Positions 56,061 to 64,000 of a stretch of 64,000 nt of DNA are shown here, one piece after another. Positions within the stretch are counted from its first letter, which is position 1; each line of letters starts with the position of its first letter. Made by a program: the position numbers and the translations under genes. The notes beneath the pieces are model-generated. The model was given only the letters and a program-made list of their open reading frames with translations, was not told the DNA's origin and searched no databases. This DNA comes from Cyanidioschyzon merolae (Eukaryota), in assembly GCA_000091205.1 (NCBI GenBank), contig AP006493.2. One strand, 5' to 3'.

Positions 56061-56624
56061 AGAACGCTGGCCTATGTCAACATCTTGTTAATTTAAAAAA
56101 ATAGAAGCCGATTCCACGGAAATATGAAAAGAAAAATTACGTATGTAGTTACACGTGCACCGACGGGTAAATTGAAATCGAGAAGAAACCGTGAATCTCC
56201 TAGGACGTATGTGGCGGAACAGATGCATCCCGAGGCGAGTTCGTTGCTGGATGAGTCTTGCGTAGGTGACATGTAATGGACCAGCCCCGAAATGCGACGG
56301 AGGACCTCGGTGCAGCTAGCACTCGCTTGTTAGGTTACGTCCAAAAACTGGTGAACTAGCTGAAACTTGCATTAGCAGTAGTCTAGGCAAAAGGCATGAC
56401 AAATCATAATGCGGAACGTAAGTGTTTCTCAGATTTATCCATTTGAAATATATAGCACTACATAAGGGTTACCAAGAGATGCGCCTTCGAGTCTTCGAAA
56501 GTATCCTCATTTCGCTGCAAGTTTCAAACCGAAGACTGCATCCATTCAGGTCGTTTGCTGCTTTACATGGCAGCAAGGACATGAGTTCATTGCGAAAAGC
56601 GTAAGATAGACATGCAAACATCCA

Positions 56625-57701
56625 CTATATGAGAGTGACGATGGAGCTCACCGCGCTCAAGGGCGCCGACGGCGAGGCTACCGAAATCGATGGGCTTGTG
56701 CTCGGTGAGACGGAGGAGCTTATAGAGGTCGTCGCGCTCACGGACACCGACGGCGAAGCTACCGAAATCGATGAACTTGTGCTCGGTGAGACAGAGGAGC
56801 TTATAGAGGTCGTCGCGCTCACGGACACCGACGGCGACGCTACCGAAATCGATGGGCTTGTGCTCGGTGAGACGGAGGAGCTTACGGAGGCCGTCGCGCT
56901 CACGGACACCGACGGCGAAGCTACCGAAATCGATGGGCTTGTGCTCGGTGAGACAGAAGTGCTTATGGAGATAGTCGCGCTCACAGTCGCCGATGGCGAA
57001 ACGCTTCTTGACACTGTTGCTGACGGAGAGGCAGATGGTAGCAGTGTAGGCTGCACAGTCGGAGTCGGAAGGAAAGTGCCGATGATTACGTTCCTGCATT
57101 GCTTTCCGCTGAACAGACATTCATACTGACAGTTTCCATTTTGCTGTTGATACGACTGCCCCCAGCGCTTTGATACCGGATCGGAACCATCCAATGTCCG
57201 TTGAACCACAGTATCGCAAACTTCCACAAGCTCGTAATTCGTCCTGCATGCTGTGCACACATTTGCCGTGCGATACTCTACACAGGTTTGCTCGCCGAAA
57301 GACAAGCAGTCACCACATCCGCTATATTGATTTTGCCTCCAACGCAGCACCTTGAAATCTTTCGAGTCGAATCCCGCCAAACCCTGATTTTCTTTGGTAG
57401 CTTCACGGCCGAGCGTCTGGCTGCCGTGACCACTGCCAATCTCAGCAGAGGAGCGTAGCGTACATGCCGTGCCTGTGAGAGAACAGCTTCCGTTGACAAT
57501 CACTTTCGTGCATACGTTCTGCAGGGTGCAGTTATGCAGCGAAGAAGACGAGGGGCACACATAAACACTGTTTCCACCGCTCGTATACCAACGCCTTTCC
57601 GCTGGCCTCGCTGCTAGTACAGAGTCCACTCGCACTGCGTTCGTGAACAGAAGGAGCAACAAAACCGCCAAGGAATGTGTACGGAGCGCGTTATGAATCA
57701 T
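56625..57701 (-). CDS. Secreted cysteine-pattern protein with Ser-rich mucin-like tail (family member C)
   Basis: Signal peptide (LAVLLLLLFTNAVRVDSVLA). Contains 'RRWY', 'CVEYRTANVCTACRTNYELVEVC' and 'KRWGQSYQQQNGNCQYEC'. The C-terminal tail is 27-aa Ser/Val/Pro/Thr repeats (SVSPSTSPSISVASPSVSVSATASVSS) x ~3.5. Confidence 0.6.
   Translation of the reverse strand: MIHNALRTHSLAVLLLLLFTNAVRVDSVLAARPAERRWYTSGGNSVYVCPSSSSLHNCTLQNVCTKVIVNGSCSLTGTACTLRSSAEIGSGHGSQTLGREATKENQGLAGFDSKDFKVLRWRQNQYSGCGDCLSFGEQTCVEYRTANVCTACRTNYELVEVCDTVVQRTLDGSDPVSKRWGQSYQQQNGNCQYECLFSGKQCRNVIIGTFLPTPTVQPTLLPSASPSATVSRSVSPSATVSATISISTSVSPSTSPSISVASPSVSVSATASVSSSVSPSTSPSISVASPSVSVSATTSISSSVSPSTSSSISVASPSVSVSATTSISSSVSPSTSPSISVASPSAPLSAVSSIVTLI
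56650..56990. repeat. 81-bp tandem repeat (x ~3.5) encoding the Ser-rich 27-aa units of mucin-like gene C
   Basis: Period of 81 bp visible in 'cgaaatcgatgggcttgtgctcggtgagacggaggagcttatagaggtcgtcgcgctcacggacaccgacggcgaagctac'. The mirrored plus-strand ORF 56629..57129 reads (GEATEIDGLVLGETEELIEVVALTDTD)n. Confidence 0.75.
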
Positions 57702-58706
57702 CCTGTATAGCCCCCTTGAGGTTGTTGAAGAACAACAATATTATTTTGAATATTTCCGGACGAAATTCTTTTTTGAGTGCTATGCACGGGGATGATGCAC
57801 GGATTCGCGCATCTGCGGACAGCGATTTTCCCGCCAACTTCAATTTCGCGAACGATTGATTACGTTCGCGCCAAATCGAACCGCTGCGCACCATACGATT
57901 GCGACGCTCGTATCCTTAAACATGCTGGAACGCTAGTCGCGCAAGCTCAGCTTTCCCGGGCAGTTATGCGAATTAAAACAGTTCCGACACGCTTTGGATA
58001 GAGTACCATTAGTCTTGTCACGTTGCAATAACGACTTGAGGCGTAAAACATGGATCATTGTAGCGGGGTGCTACCCTCGAGCGTCGGCGCCAGAGTAAGC
58101 CTCTGATCCTGAATAGGGTGTACAAGAGAAGATGCGAGCTCGCAAGTGCGAAGTAGCCAGTTCTATTGCACGTCGCAGATGCGTCCAGCGTGTGCGAATT
58201 GTCGATCGGGCAAGAGGGCAGGCGTCATAGCGACCGCATACGGATATTCGAAATCTATAGGGCATCGGTTCCGACCTGCTTTGGTATATAGATATTTTGA
58301 ACTTCTGCATGTACGTTATTTGGCGTATACACTGAAGACTTCTGTCGTGGAAAATTTTAAACCTCGTACGCTTAGGCTTGCGTCTCTCAAATCGGTGTGG
58401 CGAGGTGAAGGCCTCAAATAAATGTAGGTTTACGCATTCTTTTGCTCAACAAGGACCTGGCATCCAAATCATTAATTTCATATATTGAGAAATTTCTCAG
58501 AGAATGTATGTGAACGCCTCGCCCTATTGCCTTAAAAGACAGCTATTTGGCGACATGTCGTATGCGTGTTAACGAGGCGCTGAATATTGACAGCGCAAGA
58601 TCGCCTGCCAGAGCACCACAGGACTCTAGATATCCGAATCTAAAGTGCAATTTCTACTCAGTATAAAGAGCATTGGTGCAGTCTCTAAAGAAACTAGTTA
58701 TGATGG

Positions 58707-61700
58707 AGCACTAAGCTGTTCGACATGTTTCTATCTCTCCATTTCCTCCTGAAAATTTATAGATACACATCCTAGACGTTCAAAGTCCAATAATAAGGAA
58801 TTTCGGATTCACGGTCCGTTCTCCGACTCTAGGTTGTCGTTTCGCAATGGCTCGTTCAATGCTTCACAACTGCAGTTCGTTACGTCTCTGGAATCAAGAC
58901 GAAATGCGGCGTCCTAAAAAAAGATTTCAAAAAAATATTCGATATCACCGTCCTGTTCGTGTGAGCGACCCCCACGCTCCTCCTTTCCTTACGTCTATCA
59001 CGCTCGAATCACGTATTCTTCGAGTTTTCGTCATTTCAGTCGCGACGCAACTCGTAGGCGCAACGATTCGCGCTGCTGACCCGACGAGAAAAGGAGCGCG
59101 GCGCCATCCCTTGGTGACTTCTCCACACGCTCCCGCCGAAAGCTCAATGAGCTCGTCACGTTAAGCAATCGATCCCGCCCGAAAGACAATTCCAGCCCGC
59201 TCCGTGGCCATCGAAGAGAAGGGACCCGAAATCAGCAGCAGCAGCAGGAGCAGCAGCACCACCACCACAACCACATTCCCGCCCGTGGGATCCGCTCCCA
59301 GAGGCTCGCGTCTCTTCTGTTCGCATGGGAAAGGGTGCTGGACGCGGACTGCAGTCATCGCAGCGATGGATTCCGGTGGCAAGTGCGTCATCGCTTAGCG
59401 GCACGGCAGGAGCGCCGACGGATCGACGTTTCTACGCTGCGTCGCGAATCTGGAGTTCCACTCCAGCCACTGCGTGTTTCATCATAGACAGCAACGCGTT
59501 CCACGAATTCCCTTCTATTCGGCAAACAGCAAAGAGCGGGCATTGGTCATCCTGCACACGCACACACCAGCTTATGCTCTGTGTTTCAAACCGATGGAGA
59601 ACGGTTGCGGGGCCGTCAAACGCAGCCTCAGAGAGGCCGATGCACGCTTCGGGATAACGCGGCTCGCTCTCGACACGAACTGATGCCCGGTGCTCTAGGA
59701 ACTGCCGTTCAGACCAATGGACCTGTTGGAGTTTGTATAGGGAAACTCGCTGACGATTGCGGTTCGTGGAATTCCGAAGTCGTACGAAGAGAAAAACAAG
59801 GTATAAATACTTTAGTTATACGGCATGCTTATCGACGGAGGCACACAACCGCCGCACACGAGAGGTCTCAGAGAAACGACTGTGTAGTTAGACGAAAATC
59901 GTCCAAGAGCGTAACGAAAAGAGATGCGTACCGCTTCCAGACGAGCTCGCCAGTCTCGGACGGGGCGGTTTCCTGAACGGAACGCTTCGCTTGGGTGTGT
60001 TCACGGACGAGGAGCGGCGCTCATCGTTACTGCCGGAAACGGCGGTCGTTCAGTGCCAGCTTGGAACGTGCGTGCTCCCACCGGAACACGTGGCACGCGA
60101 CATGTACCTGGTGGTTCTTTGCAGCAAGCTCCGGCGACACGCTTGCCTCAAACTCAAGTCCGCGTGCTTCGAGTGTGCCGAGGTCTTTGGAAACGTCCAG
60201 CACTTTGTAGAAGCGCAGCTGACACCGATAAGCTTTTCGTCCTAGTTGTCCCCGAGTGCGCACCAGGCAGACTTGACCCGCAACTAGCCTTCATCGGCGA
60301 CGCACGGACGTCGGCTCCCAAGCTGGACAGCATTGGGAGCGTCGAGGGCCTCTCTCGCTTGGTGACTCAAAGCGCCCCAGATAATACGAATGGGTACGGG
60401 GAATGATACGCACAGTGACGCTGAGAAGGGTGAGCATACACCTCCACCGGCACGTGAAAGATTCTATGGGGTGGAGGCGAAAGTGCGACGACTCGGCGAC
60501 CGGCATGGGCGGTATGAAGGAGCTCTTCATGACCGACGCTTCGTTGCAGCCAGTCGGCTCGAAGGATTGCGAGACCATGATGAATGTCCGTCATCTGGCC
60601 CTTCGCGACGAGGACGTTGTCTCGAAGATGGACCTGTCGCACGCGACTAACGCACCCACGAATGCGATGGCGCGTCTGCACCCAGCGTGCCGGTCCAGAG
60701 CCTCCGTCAGGGGAGGAGTACGCGGCTTTTACGAACGCACGTCTCCGTGGCTCGTGCCACTGCCAGCAAGCACACTTTTTCGCTTTGTCGTGGATCGTGA
60801 CGCCGCGCGAGGGTTACGCAGATGCGTCCGATGGAGAACAAGTGTGTCGAGGAAGAGGAAGAGAGGCTGATCGCTAGGTGCAAGCCCAGACAGCGAACTA
60901 TGCGCCCGCACCCGAAGATTCGAGGAAACTCATGAACCGCTTGACGAGCGAGAAGCGACGGAGCGCGCAGGAGGGCGCGGAGGCGAAGGGAGACCGGAGG
61001 AACCGGAGCTTCGCGCTTCCAACAGGAGAAGTAGAGTCGTCGTTCGCTTCCGATAGCGCGAGCGTGTCCATCGCCGTCAAGCGCGAACGCTCTATACGAT
61101 TGAAGAATCGTCAGGGCGCCGATGCACCCTGGTTAGAGGGGAAAATGTGCGGATGAACAACGAACAACTGGGATGCGCGGCGGCGCGAACTTGCTCCCCA
61201 ATGCGATCGGCCTCAACTTGGACCCAAAGAGATCGGGTTCCTGAACCTTCACGATGATTGCGAGATCCGAAGGGATGCCCGACTTGCCTGTGGTCACCGA
61301 CGACGCACTGGAGCCGCGAGTCTCGAACACGCCGATTCCCGCTCAAAGTCGTAGCTTGGACTCGAGTACCTCATATGTTCGCCTAAGCGGACGGTGAGCG
61401 AGTGAGGCACTCGTCCGACGCGCAAACGAGTGAGACAGGAGAGAGTCCCAGTAGCCTTGGCGGCATTATCACAAGCAGGTGGCACAATCGGACCTGATGG
61501 CCCGTCACGCTCATCTGCACAGTTTGTGGGAAGGGAACGCAGGAAAGCAAGAGCGCACAAGGAATCGGTTGTTGAGGTACCGAATGGAATAGCGTGCGCT
61601 TGCGAGTGCAGCGGGCAGCGCACGCGCACAAGAAGTCGTCCAGAAGAGCAAGTGCATGATCACGGGGCACAGCACTGGGCGCGAAAACGGAGCAAGGCAT

Positions 61701-62099
61701 CGCGTAGAGCCTTCTGTACCCGTCAACGACAGCTACGGAGGGATGCAGCAAGCGCTCGCATGCTGCAGGTCGGCTCCCAGGGAATGCGAGCTCGTGAACA
61801 CATACGGGAATATCTGAACACAATCAGGTTAACCGCTTTGAAGCGCGCACCAGCACTGAATTCTAGGAAACGAAGAAAACGGCAAGCGATCCGTAAATCG
61901 CAACCTCCGCCTGCACATCGAATACGCAGGCAACTGCCGGAACCTGTGAAACTGCGACCCCAACGCCGCGATTAGCATCCCTCGACAGCCTACAACAGTG
62001 CTGGAAAGAAAGTAGCGACCGGCGTGTTCCAGCCCGGAGCTAAGAGAGAGGAAAAGCGATCAGCCGCAGCAAAAGCTCCCATGGGATGGCTTTCATGAC
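58707..62099. repeat. Right arm of the 3,393-bp long inverted repeat (partner of 47907-51299)
   Basis: See left arm. End sequences were verified by reverse-complement comparison. The inner boundary is atgtcgaac(c/a)gcttagtgct (51280-51299 vs RC of 58707-58726). Confidence 0.85.
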
Positions 62100-62645
62100 T
62101 GAGGGAAGAGATGCGAGCTTTGCAGAGCTAGCCCTAGCTGGCTGGTCCGTTCCATTTCTGTCTAGTTTTGGAAGTAGCAAGTCGGTGGAGCGCTAGGGAT
62201 CAGAGTTCGCCAGAGTGACCGCCTCCAGAGATGCAGAAACGCCGACCTTTAACTTGTTCTTGGTGTTGCTTAAAGGAATGTTTCACCTAATCCGGATTAT
62301 ACACGATATCATGACTGCTTGATAGCAAGAACGCCAGTGCATTCCCTACCGCATTACACGTGGGGTTTCTCGGTGGTGTTGGAGAAGCAGTCTACCGATG
62401 AAGGCGGACCTCATTGCGACTAGATTCTTATCGTAACGGAATGACAATTTTCTCATATCTTTCGCTGATCGTACATCATGAAGAGAAGCAAAATAAGATG
62501 AAAACTTCCGCAGAAGCACATAGATGACGGATACCATGAAGGAAATAACCGCACGAAAAATGACGCATGCGGGCGGCGTCACCCGTGCCAGCGCGCCCCC
62601 GGCATCGCGCCTTCGACATGGAGCGATTCTCTCCACGGTTGGACG

Positions 62646-63671
62646 TTGAGGTATGCCTTTCGTGTCATCACGAGACATCAATCCTCAATGAAACTCGGCT
62701 ACCTTACTAGATTTGCGGCCCAGCCTTCGATCGGCACGGAGTACAAGGAACTGCCTCTCTACCTTTTTGCGCTGGTGGGCGTTATTGTAGTGCTTTTGGC
62801 TGGTGCGCAACTACTGCGCTTCCTTTACCGCCACCTGCTTCGAAGGCCCTCGCGCCTTGCCGACAAGTTTCGTGGGGATTGGGCCTTCATCACAGGAGCG
62901 TCCTACGGAGTAGGTGCAGGTTTTGCTAGAGAGTGTGCGCGTCGTGGTCTCAATCTTGTTCTGTTGGCACGCTCAGCAGAGAAGCTAGCGGCTGTTGCAG
63001 CGGACTGCGAACAGCACGGCGTTGCTGTTCGCGTGGTGGCTTTCGACCTGGCCCAGGCTTCAGAAGCGGAATGGAACGAACTCTTTGAAGGTATTTGTGA
63101 TTTGGAGATATCTGTCCTTATCAATAACGCTGGTGTCAACCTAGAGTTTCCTACGGAGTTTATCGATATGGACGAGGCAGCCATCGAGCGGATCGTGCGC
63201 GTGAACATTTGCGCTATGAACAAAATCACACGAAGACTACTACCGAAAATGATTGAACGGAAGAAGGGATGCCTCATATTTTTGTCTTCGGCCGGAGGTG
63301 CTGTAGTTCCCTGTCCGTTGCTCTCCGTGTACGGCGGCACAAAGGCGTACATCGATGCATTCGCCGTTGCGTTGTCTGGTGAAGTCCGTCGGCACAAGAT
63401 TGCGGTTCTGTCCCTGACACCATTTTGGATTACCAGCGAGATGAGCAAGATACGACGCGCCAACTGGATGGTGCCCTCCGCGGACGCGTTCGCACGGCTC
63501 GCTTTGGATCGTCTTGGATTGGAGCTGCGCTCGAATCCGCACTGGGCACATGAGCTCATAGCCTTGGGCTTAAAAGCCACCCGCAGCCTGCCCGCACAGG
63601 TTGCATATGTTGAACGTTTGCATCGGCGTATACGAGAGCGAGCCTTGCGCAAACTTAAGCGACAGCAATGA
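62646..63671 (+). CDS. Short-chain dehydrogenase/reductase, 3-ketoacyl-CoA reductase (HSD17B12/IFA38)-like with N-terminal membrane anchor
   Basis: N-terminal TM helix (LYLFALVGVIVVLLAGAQLL). Rossmann motif 'DWAFITGASYGVGAGFA', 'NNAG', and catalytic 'YGGTKAY' (YxxxK). The start codon is uncertain (possibly the internal Met 'MKLGY'). Confidence 0.8.
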   Translation: MRYAFRVITRHQSSMKLGYLTRFAAQPSIGTEYKELPLYLFALVGVIVVLLAGAQLLRFLYRHLLRRPSRLADKFRGDWAFITGASYGVGAGFARECARRGLNLVLLARSAEKLAAVAADCEQHGVAVRVVAFDLAQASEAEWNELFEGICDLEISVLINNAGVNLEFPTEFIDMDEAAIERIVRVNICAMNKITRRLLPKMIERKKGCLIFLSSAGGAVVPCPLLSVYGGTKAYIDAFAVALSGEVRRHKIAVLSLTPFWITSEMSKIRRANWMVPSADAFARLALDRLGLELRSNPHWAHELIALGLKATRSLPAQVAYVERLHRRIRERALRKLKRQQ

Positions 63672-64000
63672 AACCGGGTAAATCCGTTCTTCTATAGAAG
63701 TCTCTGCTCCGATCGGACGAACCGTCCGAGCGCTGCGCAACGTGTGTATACCGTATTATGGCAGGTCAGCAGCCTTTCCAGCAACGCCTTCTCAGATACG
63801 AACATAGTTCGTTACGAATCAAATCCACGGCGCTCAACTAAAAGTGCCGATGATCAGATTTGGTTTAGATTTTAGAGTCCGGAGAAAGAGGTATTGGCCT
63901 TCGAGAAGAGAACTATGACGGCAGTGGTGCTGCTTCACTGGACACGACGCATACACAGACGATCGCAGCACGTACAGCATGCACTGGACTAGTGAAGCGT

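Noticed and set aside
56629-57129. Plus-strand ORF (GEATEIDGLVLGETEELIEVVALTDTD)n
   Set aside because: Complement-frame artefact of the Ser-rich 81-bp repeats in mucin gene C.
48031-61975. Mirrored ORF pairs inside the inverted-repeat arms (48031..48576/61430..61975, 49136..49603/60403..60870, 49600..50082/59924..60406, etc.)
   Set aside because: Arg- and Pro-rich, with no motifs. Their duplication is fully explained by the inverted repeat and is not independent support for coding. An intron-containing gene in the arms cannot be excluded, but I see no evidence for one.
47890-62120. Target-site duplication flanking the IR-bounded cassette
   Set aside because: Flanks ('…aagtcaat' on the left vs 'tgagggaa…' on the right) show no direct repeat, so transposition cannot be inferred from the junctions alone.
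1-64000. Prokaryotic interpretation (operons, CRISPR arrays, defence islands, tRNA/rRNA genes)
   Set aside because: The gene content is unmistakably eukaryotic (ribophorin I, Derlin, UBR4, mitochondrial carrier, LINE RT). No direct-repeat/spacer arrays are present. A manual scan for tRNA T-arm/acceptor signatures (GGTTCGA(A/T)TCC-like) and for rRNA found nothing.
1-64000. Kinetoplastid (T. cruzi-like) origin suggested by TTKPP-type mucin repeats, a LINE and a SIRE-like pyrimidine-tract repeat
   Set aside because: Adjacent conserved genes switch strand every 5-15 kb, and intergenic regions lack long polypyrimidine tracts, which is incompatible with polycistronic transcription units. The organism is left unassigned (a GC-rich, intron-poor eukaryote).

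Overview
This window looks like nuclear DNA from a GC-rich (roughly 55-58%), intron-poor eukaryote. I found no prokaryotic signals: no operon structure, no CRISPR array, and no tRNA or rRNA genes. Adjacent genes switch strand every few kb, which argues against a kinetoplastid origin. Several proteins carry low-complexity inserts or homopolymer runs.

Conserved single-exon housekeeping genes, in order along the window: ribophorin I (OST complex), a SpoU/TrmH-type RNA 2'-O-methyltransferase, an extended-PHD zinc-finger protein, a 3,962-aa UBR4/BIG-type N-recognin E3 ligase (UBR box plus C-terminal cysteine-rich module), a 1,080-aa orphan protein convergent with it, Derlin, a mitochondrial carrier of the NAD/folate/pyrimidine-nucleotide subgroup, glutamine:fructose-6-phosphate amidotransferase (GFAT) with a low-complexity insert, and a 3-ketoacyl-CoA-reductase-like short-chain dehydrogenase (SDR).

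Between the mitochondrial carrier and GFAT lies a degenerate, frameshifted non-LTR retrotransposon (APE-like N-terminal remnant, reverse transcriptase, C-terminal zinc knuckle).

The most unusual structure is a 14.2-kb cassette inserted between GFAT and the SDR gene. Two 3,393-bp inverted-repeat arms (47907-51299 and 58707-62099, about 98-99% identical) flank a 7.4-kb core. The core carries two paralogous genes for secreted proteins: a signal peptide, a conserved cysteine pattern ('VCEKK', C-x2-Y-x5-VC-x6-[VI]C-x-[VA]C) and a long mucin-like Thr/Pro/Ser-rich tail. The larger core gene has 24-nt (TTKPPTPT) and 213/219-bp tandem repeats and an apparent +1 frameshift inside the repeat array. A third paralog sits at 5112-6020, next to a diverged fragment of the same arm sequence at the window start.

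A dispersed repeat of about 330 bp occurs three times (2165-2510, 40990-41340, 55805-56060), each beginning with a polypyrimidine tract followed by AG. Other features are a 100-bp tandem repeat just upstream of the UBR4-like gene and trinucleotide runs encoding T9 and A8 tracts inside that gene.
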